Source: Octopus sinensis
Lineage: Eukaryota
Direction of reading: 5' to 3'
Length of the DNA stretch: 19,103 nucleotides
NCBI RefSeq assembly: GCF_006345805.1
Contig: NW_021824338.1
Coordinates: forward strand, 1-19,103
Under the pieces are notes generated by a model that was not told the origin of the DNA, ran no database searches, and worked only from the letters and a program-made list of their open reading frames with translations. Position 1 is the stretch's first letter; every line of letters begins with the position of its first letter. The translations under genes were made by a program, and so were the position numbers. Of this stretch, positions 1 through 10,107 are shown one piece after another.

Positions 1-23
1 ACATTTCCCCATTTTTGCCCCAC

Positions 24-24
24 T

Positions 25-56
<32 letters not shown>

Positions 57-207
57 TATTTTTTCTTTCTTTCTTTCTCTATGTATGCATGCATGCATGT
101 ATGTATGTATGTATGTATGTATGTATGTATGTATGTATGTATGTATGTATGCATGTATGTATGTATGTATGTATGTATGTATGTATGTATGTATGTATGT
201 ATGTATG

Positions 208-305
<98 letters not shown>

Positions 306-345
306 CATAGCTAGCTAGCTAGCTATCTACCTATCTATGTATCTA
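24..345. repeat. Compound microsatellite (TTTC)n-(ATGT)n-(ATCT)n-(AGCT)n
   Basis: Consecutive tetranucleotide tracts read directly; they account for the ORFs at 15-318. Confidence 0.97.
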
Positions 346-483
346 TCAATGAATATTTCATCGAACTTAAATTTCTTGGCAAATTTCCTATTTAATTTTT
401 TCCCGTTCTTCATACTCTTCTTACTATCATACATACAGACACACGACACACAAACACACAAACACATACAGATAAACGTATAT

Positions 484-521
<38 letters not shown>

Positions 522-768
522 CGTACACATAAATGTATATGCATACGCGCGCACACACACATATCTATATGCATATACTATTTTACTGAAGCAGTAAAAG
601 AACCCCACAAATTATTACTCAGAGTTTTACTTAACTGTTCAAGAGATAGTTTCGATGAAATTCTGAGTAACAGTTTGTGAAGTTTTTCGGCTTCAATTAA
701 ACAGCACATTACTCTACCTTTGGTATTTGAGTACTATTTTCTCTATTTTGTTTTGCACCTATGTGCTT

Positions 769-840
769 GTATGTATGTATGTATGTATGTATGTATGTAT
801 GTATGTATGTATGTATGTTGTATGTATGTATGTACGTATG
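769..840. repeat. (GTAT)n microsatellite
   Basis: Read directly. Confidence 0.95.
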
Positions 841-1634
841 CAGGTAAGTAGCTATTTATGGAGATATGTGTGCAGATGGTTATGTATGTATATATGTACG
901 TATATGAAAACACATTAGTTTTTGTGAACTCAATGCATTTTCATAACTACTATCTTTTCTACATTCGACACATCAGCGCTTCGCCATAAAGTCCCAGTAC
1001 TGATGCGATTCCAGAAAATGTGCAGAATTTGAACTCGGCATGCCATATCTTGAGTCCCTCTCCATCACTCCGCAATTACAAGATTTTACTTATGCGGATG
1101 TAATTTTTTTTGACCGACAAAAACAGACAAAAAATATACTCCTTCACCTTTTGCCATCTCCCTGTTCTTCCGCTATAAATTCATGAGGTGAGTTACTCTT
1201 TTGAGGTGGGTGGATATTCTTTTAAAAGAAAAAAGGAAAGAAGAAAATAAACAAATTAATAAACAAACAAACAACTAGCAAAAAAAAAAACTACAAAACA
1301 ACGACATACCGATAGTATAGATCGACCAGAGCAACAAGACGTATTAGCTTCAAACAACGATTACAACCAGATTATCATATTTTCAAGATTAAAATGTTGA
1401 TTGACAAGGATTACATAATTAAAGTCTTGTTTATCCTGAGTAGATAATACGAGTAGAATTAAGCACAATGTTTTCACCTTATTGTCTCGATTTGATAGAC
1501 TAGAGGCAATGTTTTAGGGATAACATCAAAACCGTTGAAAATGATATGAATTTACCTGTGTTTCCCCTTTTCACAGGTAGTATGGATGACAGTGTTAAAA
1601 ATTGAATGGTTATAAATATCCGAATTTAGGTAAC

Positions 1635-1800
1635 ATAGCATGATTATTTGGTTAAGAAGTTCGTTTCGTAACCGCGTGGTATGAGGTTCAGTTCCGCTGC
1701 GAGGTATTTTGCGCAGGCGTCTTCCATTATAGGCCTGGTCGACTAATAAATACATTGTAGGTGAAACTGGTATATGTAATCTATGCCAAAGTTCGTCGTC
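1635..1800 (+). mobile_element. Diverged 5' part of SINE family B (tRNA-like head)
   Basis: ggttcagttccgctgcgaggtattttgcgcaggcgtcttccattataggcctggtcgac aligns to the reverse complement of the family-B heads at 2490-2588 and 2880-2959; followed by (TA)n. Confidence 0.7.
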
Positions 1801-1814
1801 TACATACATATAAA

Positions 1815-1850
<36 letters not shown>

Positions 1851-1882
1851 CATATATATACATATATATACATATATATATA

Positions 1883-2180
1883 AGACAAAAATGGGGCTAG
1901 AACGCAAAACATCCAGACATACGATACAAAGAAAACAAGGACGGGTCATTCGGAGTTTTCTTTCCTCAGTCGAGTTCCAGATTATCTTTGCAATTTCGGC
2001 TGGTGATAATCGAGATTGCTCCAATCTAGCCAGTCCCAAGGAAAAACTAAGCGAAGAGCACTAGATTCCTTGGAAGAAAGCAGCGGATGTATACGAATAC
2101 AAGGACGGAAAAAACAAAGAAACGGTACACAAATGCAAATAACAGGACATTAACAACAGGTGTCTTTCGACTAAGGACGA
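1883..2180. mobile_element. Probable dispersed-repeat fragment anchored on a (TA)n tract, family unknown
   Basis: Complex sequence starting abruptly at the (TA)n edge, with an internal direct repeat (gaaaacaaggacgg 1931-1944, gaatacaaggacgg 2095-2108). Single copy in the window, so repeat status is inferred. Confidence 0.35.
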
Positions 2181-2220
2181 ATTACCCCAAAAGATTAGCA
2201 GTTTGCTCTCAGATATTCAT

Positions 2221-2395
2221 CGCTTTTAGTCGAGCAAGTCGACCCCACAACTTATTCTTTGTAAGCCTAGTACTTATTCTATCGGTCTTCTTTGCCGAAC
2301 TGCTAAGTTATGGGGACGTAAACACACCACCATCAGTTGTCAAATGATCTTGGGGGACAAATACAGACATACAAACATGAACACACACACACACA

Positions 2396-2438
<43 letters not shown>

Positions 2439-2588
2439 ATATATATACGACTGGCTTCTTTCAGTTTCCGTCTACCAAATCCACTCACGAAGCTATAGTA
2501 GAATACACTTGCCTAAAGTTCCACGCAGTGGGACTGAACCCGTAAACATGTGGTTGGTAAGCATGCTACTTACCACAGAGCCTGCGGC
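2221..2588 (-). mobile_element. SINE family B copy with internal (CA)/(TA) tract
   Basis: Homologous to the copies at 2596-2959 and 4218-4595; minus-strand head has A-box-like and B-box-like (ggttcagtccc) motifs; short deletion after ccactcac. Confidence 0.9.
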
Positions 2589-2595
2589 TATATAT

Positions 2596-2959
2596 TCTTT
2601 TACTCTTTTACTTGTTTCAGTCATTTGACTGCGGTCATGCTGGAGGACCGCCTTTAGTTGAAGAAATCGATCCCCAGACTTATTCTTTGTAAGCCTAGTA
2701 CTTATTCTATCGGTATATTCTGACGAACCGCTAAGTTACGGGGACGTAAACATACCAATATCGGTTGTCAAGCAATGGTGGGGTGACAAGTACACATACA
2801 CACGCACGCGCGTGTGCGTGCGCGTACACACACATATGTACGACGAGCTTCTTTCAGTTTCCGTCTACCAAATCCACCCACAAGTCTTTGGTCGTCCCGA
2901 GGCTATAGTAGAAAACACTTGGCTAAGGTGTCACGCTGTGGAACTGAACCCAGAACCAT
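2596..2959 (-). mobile_element. SINE family B copy, same orientation and adjacent to the previous copy
   Basis: Starts at the 3' tail ttcttttactcttttacttgtttcag, shares body cttattctttgtaagcctagtacttattctatcgg, and is truncated in the head at gaactgaacccagaaccat. Confidence 0.9.
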
Positions 2960-2982
2960 CCACATATGTATACACACACACA

Positions 2983-3014
<32 letters not shown>

Positions 3015-3977
3015 ACACACGCACGCACGCACACATATGTCAAAGTAATCTCTAATGGAATTCAGTAAAAACGTTTTCAGACACTAACCAGTGTTTCATT
3101 GAAATTAACGTGAAACTTGACATTGTGAATATTTGGCAATTTGGAAGTAATTAAGATGATATTTACTAATTCCCAATTACTAAGGCATTGAAATATTTTT
3201 GATTGTTGTTGCTTGATATTTACTTGATATGTTTACTTCCATCATAAACATTCTTCTATTTGGCATATTTTTTAGAACTCAGTACATTCTACAGAATTTT
3301 GGTGAGATTTTAAAACAATGTGGCTTTGTGTTACAATAATCTATGTCTGTTAGTCACAAGTGTCTAAATAAACGACATTTCTAGGTTCTTCTCAAATATT
3401 TTCCATGTTATTTGTACCAAAGAGAAAAACACACAAAATCCATATTTTAGAAATCTTAGTATCATTAAATCCTTTTTTGAAATTTAGAGTATTTTTCAAA
3501 CAAATAGTTACAAATTCTTCATAAATACTATGGTCTGAGTTTGAAGTTAAACTCATCGGGTCACTCGTCTTTAATTCTTTTTGATACGGATCTACACAAA
3601 ACTGTCTCAGTTAAATACTTCCATCAATGTTCCATCTTAATTTATGTTATAAGCACCAGCTTAACAAGGACAAAGTTATCGTACTAAATTGTTCATTATT
3701 TTAAAAGTTAATTGAAACTAAGACAGTGTATTTCAATAGAAAATGGCAAGAAAGGTTTAGTATGAAAAAAAAAAAAATGGCCCTTTAGCTGACACTAAAA
3801 TGTATTAAAGCGCAATGTTTATTAGTGTGTGGAATCATATTTGCCAAGCAGAGTTATCCACAACACTAATTTAAATTTTGAAATAAACATGTTTGCAATA
3901 ATTTAATTTCAATCATTTTTTAAATATTAAATGCCGGCATGTAATGCCCCATGCAGTTCATTTAGGTATTTTGTAAG

Positions 3978-4021
<44 letters not shown>

Positions 4022-4033
4022 ATTTATGTACCT

Positions 4034-4182
4034 CTGTTTGTCCCCATCACCATAGCTCGACAGCCGATGTTGGTGTACTTACGTCCCCGTAACTTAGCGG
4101 TTCGGCAAAAAAGGCCGGTACAATAAGTCTTGGGGTCGATTTGTTCGACTGAAGGTGGTGCTCCAGCATGGCCACAGTCAAA
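4034..4182 (+). mobile_element. SINE family B, 3' half
   Basis: acgtccccgtaacttagcggttcggcaaaa...ggtgctccagcatggccacagtcaa is the reverse complement of the family-B bodies at 2620-2770 and 4246-4420. Confidence 0.9.
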
Positions 4183-4217
4183 AGAACATACACACACACA
4201 CATAAAAAATATATATA

Positions 4218-4595
4218 TTCTTTATTCTTTTACTTGTTTCAGCCATTTGACTGCGGCCATGCTGGATCATCGCCTTCGGTTTTAGTCGAACAACTCAACC
4301 CCAGGACTTTTTGTAGTCTTGTACTTATTCCATCGTTCTCTTTTGCCGAACTTCTAAATTACGTGATGTAAACACACCAACACCAGTTGTCAAGTGGTGA
4401 TAGGGGGGTGGACCAACATAGACACACACACATACAAATATATATATATATATGACTGCTTTCCTTCAGTTTTCGTCTACCAAATCTACTCTCAAGGCCT
4501 TGGTCGACGCGAGGCTATAGTAGAAGACACTTGCCCACGATGCCACGCAGTGAGACTGAACCCGGAACCAATCTTCTTACCATATAGCCACGCCT
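4218..4595 (-). mobile_element. SINE family B copy with a deletion in the head
   Basis: Full tail-body-head order; head reads ggaaccaatcttcttacc, versus cgtaaacatgtggttggtaagcatgctacttacc in the 2221-2588 copy. Confidence 0.9.
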
Positions 4596-5138
4596 AAACA
4601 CATATTTATTTTCATACTTATCTTCGGAAGTGTAGTGCAAATTTTTGTGACTTTTGGACCTCAATTTAAACGATTAAACACAATTTTTGAAGGCTATAGT
4701 AGAAGACACTTGCCCAAGATGCCCAGTAGTGAGACTGAACCCGGGACCAATTTTCTTACCATATAGCCACGCCTAAACACATATTTATTTTCATACTTAT
4801 CTTCGGAAGTGTAGCGCAAATTTTTGTGACATTTGGACCTCAATTTAAACGATTAAACACAATTTTTGAAGGCTATAGTAGAAGACACTTGCCCAAGATG
4901 CCCAGCAGTGAGACTGAACCCGGAACCAATCTTCTTACCATATAGCCACGCCTAAACACATATTTATTTTCATACTTATCTTCGGAAGTGTAGTGCAAAT
5001 TTTTGTGACTTTTGGACCTCAATTTAAACGATTAAACACAATTTTTGAAGGCTATAGTAGAAGACACTTGCCCAAGATGCCCAGCAGTGAGACTGAACCC
5101 GGAACCAATCTTCTTACCATATAGCCACGCATAAACAC
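4512..5138. repeat. Tandem array of about 3.5 units of 179 bp (SINE-B head plus AT-rich spacer)
   Basis: aggctatagtagaagacacttgccc starts at 4512, 4691, 4870 and 5049, exactly 179 bp apart; units are near-identical. Confidence 0.98.
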
Positions 5139-5454
5139 ACCCGCGCACACACACACACACACACAAACACACGCGCATAGACCTACACATTCATATTCTC
5201 TCTCTCTCTCTCTCTCATACAAATATACTCTTTTGTAGGCACTTTTTTTTTACAAACAAGCCCTCTCCTGACGGATATACGCACACATATAGATAACAAC
5301 ACTAAACAACTGCAAAAGTAACCGCAAAAAAAAACAAAATCAACAGCAATTAGCCAATCACCTCCACCATCACCGCCGTCAGCAGCAACAACAGCAGCAC
5401 CACCACCAGGGACAAATGAAAAAAAAAAAAGCAAATGTCAAAAATATGTTTACT

Positions 5455-5757
5455 GAAGCAAATGTCTTCCTTCCTTTCTCCTCCGTCATCTCCCTTTCTT
5501 CCCTCCCTCATTTCTCCCCTTCCTCAACTCTCTCCTCCCTCATCTCTTCCCTGCCCTCCCTCATCTCTCCACTCCGCTTCCTCATTTCATCACTCTCCTC
5601 TCCCTTTCCGTCTCTCTTTTCACCTCCTCTTCTAATTTTCATCACACTACCCTCTCCCATCACTGGTGCTCCTCTCTTTACACTCCATTGATATTTTACT
5701 TGTTACGTATTATGGACTAGCGAACAAGCAGCAGGAGGCAGAGAGAAAGAGAGGGAG

Positions 5758-5795
<38 letters not shown>

Positions 5796-5808
5796 TGGAG
5801 AGAGAGGG
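5455..5808. repeat. CT-rich polypyrimidine tract followed by a GA-rich tract
   Basis: CT-rich at about 5467-5680; GA-rich at about 5737-5808. Confidence 0.9.
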
Positions 5809-6011
5809 GTGCAATTGTCGCTTTGCCCCATCAACCTGTTGTGTCTGACCGTTCAGTCCTTTGTACTGACAGTCGCAGGTGCTGGCCAATTGCTAAAACG
5901 TCTGTCAACAGCAACCATTGAAATTGTGTCTTTTCAGGAGCTCAAAGACACCCGGTTTCGTTTGTTGAAATTAGCAAAGATCATGATAATGAAAAACCTC
6001 TAATAGCTTTA

Positions 6012-6048
6012 ACGCACGCACGCACACACACACACGCACACACACACT

Positions 6049-6126
<78 letters not shown>

Positions 6127-6132
6127 CACACT

Positions 6133-6172
<40 letters not shown>

Positions 6173-6398
6173 CGCGCACACACATACACAAGCGTGTATG
6201 TATTTGTTTACATACACAAATATATGTATATACATGTGTGTGTGTGTATGCAAATTCCATATGTATGTATAAATACATACATACATACACACACACACAT
6301 ATATATACATATAAATGTAGTATGTATGTATATATATATATATATATACACACAAATATATACATATATTTATATACGTGCAAATATATAGAGATGCA

Positions 6399-6435
<37 letters not shown>

Positions 6436-6442
6436 ATATATA

Positions 6443-6508
<66 letters not shown>

Positions 6509-6510
6509 AC
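6012..6510. repeat. (CA)n/(TA)n microsatellite block
   Basis: Read directly; accounts for the ORFs at 5971-6556. Confidence 0.97.
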
Positions 6511-6726
6511 GCATAATACTAGCAACATTGTAAACCACAATTTCAAGATCTATCAAAATGATATCTATTTTTTTCTTCCTTTTATTAAGAAAATGTTATT
6601 CTGAAAATGTTTAAAAGAAAATTTATTCTGCAATTATTAATTCCCAAAGCTAAAACTAAAGGAAATAAAATAAAACAAATTTCGAAGTTAAATATAAAAT
6701 TTTATTTATTTTACTTTATATTTCAG

Positions 6727-6876
6727 TCTTCCTGTAAATTTTTTTCCGTCCAACTTATATCCGTTTCCGGATCAAGTTAAACATAATTGGTTATACTCCC
6801 GCTGTTTCTCCAATGTGGCATGGAAGCAAATATTTATACCGGAGAGAAATAGTGACGTCTGTGATACCGGAGATTG
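6727..6876 (+). other. Candidate 150-nt internal exon (unverified)
   Basis: Acceptor ttttactttatatttcAG at 6725-6726 and donor TG|GTGAGT at 6877. Only one frame is open end to end (phase 2-2): LPVNFFPSNLYPFPDQVKHNWLYSRCFSNVAWKQIFIPERNSDVCDTGD. No recognised homology. Confidence 0.3.
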
Positions 6877-7210
6877 GTGAGTTGATAGTACAGCGGGCAG
6901 TCAGTTTACAAATCGTCAGTTCGAATGGCGAGAGCGGTAGCAGTGTTGCGTTGTGTCCATGATGTTGATAATTTCATCTTTTATTTTGTTGTGAAATAAA
7001 ATATGGCGAGGGATGAACAATTGAACGTCGTAAACAGTGGAACTACGTCGAAATTTGAAAGTAAAATGAATGAATAAAAGATTGTGCTGTTGAGAGCTAC
7101 TCATACTCCTCAGAGTATGATTAACAAAAAGAAAAGAACAACCCCCCCCCAAAAAAAACAGTAAAACAACACAAAATTGTTCAGATGATAATAGTAATAA
7201 AAATAATAAT

Positions 7211-7593
7211 CCTTTCTATTATAGGCACAAGGCCTGAAATTTTGGTGATTACATCGATCCCAGTGTTTCACTGGTACTTAATTTATCGACCTCAAAAGGA
7301 TGAAAGACAAAGTCGACCTCGGTGGAATTTGAATTCAGAACGTAGTGTCGGGCGAAATACCTATTTCTTTACTACCCACAAGGGGCTAAACACATAGAGG
7401 ACAAACAAGGACAGACACACGGATTAAGTCGATTACATCGACCCCAGTGCGTAACTGGTACTTAATTTATCGACCCCGAAAGGATGAAAGGTAAAGTCGA
7501 CCACGGCGGAATTTGAACTCAGAACGTAACGGCAGACGAAATACCGCTAAGCATTTCGCCCAGCGTGCTAACGATTCTGCCAGCTCGCCGCCT
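7211..7593 (-). mobile_element. SINE family A, two-unit composite (7361-7593 complete unit; 7211-7360 headless diverged unit with a different tail)
   Basis: Shares atcgaccccgaaaggatgaaagg...gaatttgaactcagaacgtaacggcagacgaaatac with four other copies. The head has A-box-like tggcagaatcg and B-box-like gttcaaatt. The core resembles, from memory, the Meta/MESC SINE domain. Confidence 0.93.
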
Positions 7594-7605
7594 TAATAAT
7601 AATGA

Positions 7606-7909
7606 GCAAAAGGGGCTGATTGCTACCTAACTCAGATACCAGGAAACCCCAAAATGGCAGAAATTCAAAAGATAGTGATCATGGGAACTGCTTATATCCT
7701 ACGCAAAATACTTTCTATGTAATCTCAAATTTTAAAACAAACATAATTTTCGTTTTTTTTTTAGACATTCACTAGTACAACACTAAATACAAAACCAAAT
7801 ATATGGCACACTAGGCATAACAACAACATGAACTTCCAACCTGTTGTCTCTTGAGGTCTCTGGGTGAGACTTGGAGCCAACTTGTACAAATGTAAAGCAA
7901 AAGTCAAAC

Positions 7910-7912
<3 letters not shown>
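7606..7912 (+). mobile_element. 3' end of a non-LTR retrotransposon, probably R4/Dong-like (restriction-like endonuclease type)
   Basis: 7606-7722 translates as AKGADCYLTQIPGNPKMAEIQKIVIMGTAYILRKILSM*, matching the QKxxxxGTAxILRKxL* C-terminus typical of R4/Dong-type ORFs. About 190 nt of 3' UTR follow, then (TAA)n; Dong elements are known to target TAA repeats. Confidence 0.75.
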
Positions 7913-7965
<53 letters not shown>

Positions 7966-8007
7966 TAATAATAATAATAAAATAATAATAATATAATAAT
8001 AATAATG

Positions 8008-8044
<37 letters not shown>

Positions 8045-8120
8045 TAATAATAATATAATAATAATAATAACAACAACAACAACAACACAACAGCAACAAC
8101 AACAACAACGTCGTCGTCCT
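7912..8120. repeat. (TAA)n grading into (CAA)n and (CGT)n
   Basis: Read directly. Confidence 0.97.
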
Positions 8121-8609
8121 CATCCTTTCATTTGCGTTTTTGCCTATATATGGTTTGATGTCTGATATACCTCACCTTACACTCATGTAGAAAATGCAGA
8201 ATGAATAAAGGTATACATAAATACATCCGTTACATATACACACACATACGCACACACACATACACGCCCATACTCACTCACACGCACACACACACTCACA
8301 CATATATATAGTCGCAAGGAGAAGAGTGAATTTAATATTCGTTGCAATTGTTTCTGTACAATTCCGTTTCTCATCACATCGTTCGTAAATAATTCCGTGT
8401 GAAAAGTTACATAATATGTGTGGTTTAATTTATCGAAGTGGCACTTCATCAGACTAGACTTAGATTGTATCTATTTGCATTGTGCCAATCTTTTCATAGC
8501 TGAAGTATAAAAATTGTTTAATAGTCAGGAGTTCGTGTCAAGCGCTGCGTTAAGAATATACCGATATTTTGCCCTATAAAAACTTACAGTACTGACTGCG
8601 AACATTACT

Positions 8610-8674
8610 TGTATGTATGTATGTATGTATGTATGTATGTATGTATGTATGTATGTATGTATGTATGTGTATAC

Positions 8675-8735
<61 letters not shown>
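8610..8735. repeat. (GTAT)n-(TA)n microsatellite
   Basis: Read directly. Confidence 0.95.
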
Positions 8736-9009
8736 AGCGTCAGTAAGTGACAGGGTACAATGTGGTATTCGCATTGTTAGAAATAAGAGTCAAAATGACT
8801 CATTAGCCACAAGAATACTATCTTAATAAGCCGAAAAAGCTCCCTACGGTCGCAAATATAACCATATCTCATGATTTCAAATTGCAGAGCGTCTTAATTC
8901 TCGTCGGGGCCTCTTACGGCGCCTACAGTTAAGCTCAACTCATCTCGTCAACTTATAAGAAAAACCGTTGAAAACTTGTGCTGAATTAAAATATGGTAGA
9001 AGTGAAAAC

Positions 9010-9169
9010 TATAAATAATATGGGTGGCTTATTAGCAATTTAACAATCTAAAGGCAAATTTATAGACGTCACATACTGGTACCACTTTGTACTCGCTGTT
9101 ACTTTAGTGACGTCTATAAATTTGGCTTTAGGTTGTTGAATTGCTAATAAGCCACCCATATTATTTATA
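9010..9169. repeat. 160-bp fold-back element (63-bp inverted arms, 34-nt spacer)
   Basis: Arms 9010-9072 and 9107-9169 are reverse complements with 3 mismatches; both outer ends are TATA. Confidence 0.95.
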
Positions 9170-9411
9170 CACACACATACTCACACACGTGTATGTATAT
9201 TTTCATCTGTTTTTAATTATTTAAATTTTTCCTCAGAGGAAGGAGGTGGTTTCTAACAAAGATACAAAGCTCCATTGTTGGAATGTAGATAATGAAAACG
9301 ATGTCCCGTTTTAAACTTGAAAAAGTCTTACATATTTTTGCCGTTCCACTTACAGATTGTAATTGTAATGTGCGGGTTGGTTGAATTCTTTTTCTGAAAA
9401 CCCTAGCTTAT

Positions 9412-9616
9412 ACACAGAGGAGACAAACAAGGACAGACAGACGGATTAAGTCGATTATATCGACCCCAGTACATAACTGGTACTTAATTTATCGACCCCG
9501 AGAGGATGAAAGGCAAAGTCGACCTCGGCGGAATTTGAACTCAGAACGTAATGGCGAGCGAAATACCGCCAAGCATTTTCGTCCGGCGTGCTAACGATTC
9601 TGCCAGCTCGCCGCCT
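9412..9616 (-). mobile_element. SINE family A monomer, tail truncated
   Basis: Near-identical to 7361-7593 and 12702-12934. Confidence 0.93.
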
Positions 9617-9620
9617 TATG

Positions 9621-9712
9621 GTTAAAATGTCTTGCGATATCTTTTCCTGCTCTTTACAATCTGAGTTCAAATCCCACCGAGGACAGTTTTGCCTTTCATT
9701 TCTACAGAGTCG
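9621..9712 (+). mobile_element. Old diverged SINE-A-like fragment, head-to-head with the previous copy
   Basis: tctgagttcaaatcccaccgaggacagttttgcctttcat resembles tctgagttcaaattccgccgaggtcgacgttacctttcat at about 15046-15085. Confidence 0.7.
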
Positions 9713-10107
9713 TCAAAACTGTTAGCCTTAACCTTAACAATTCTTAGACTGAGGACATGGCTCTAATGCTCACAGCGAAGTGGTCTATGCTAAAAGAGCC
9801 CAAGATCAGCTTGTGTTAAGCCGACGCTTTATGTATACGAGAAATTATTGTCTTGTAAGGCCACCGGCTGTATAAAGGAAGGTAATTGCAGTCGGCGGGG
9901 TAGTGGTATTTGTGATGTTCATGTCCTTCCACCGAATATCTTCAGCGGAAAGGAAATGGAATGATTTCAACAGAGGATTGAACCTATGTCACAGACTATC
10001 ACACCTTTTATTCTACACCTCAGAATTATGACAGCAGTGCATTAAGAATATAATCACAATTTGAAGTGTGTATCCATTCCTTTAGCTTTATTTAAGTTTC
10101 TACAATG

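Noticed and set aside
1935-1978. Hammerhead-like CUGAGGA...CCGAAU on the minus strand
   Set aside because: Stem II does not close in register, GAAA is GAAU and stem I pairing is poor.
3370-3605. Minus-strand open frame (VDPYQKELKTSDPMSLTSNSDHSIYEEF...), possible 80-nt exon 3512-3591
   Set aside because: Weak splice sites, no recognisable homology and a length not clearly above chance for this much AT-rich sequence.
4512-5138. CRISPR-like repeat-spacer array
   Set aside because: The spacers are near-identical, the repeat is a SINE head of about 85 bp, the context is eukaryotic and there are no cas genes.
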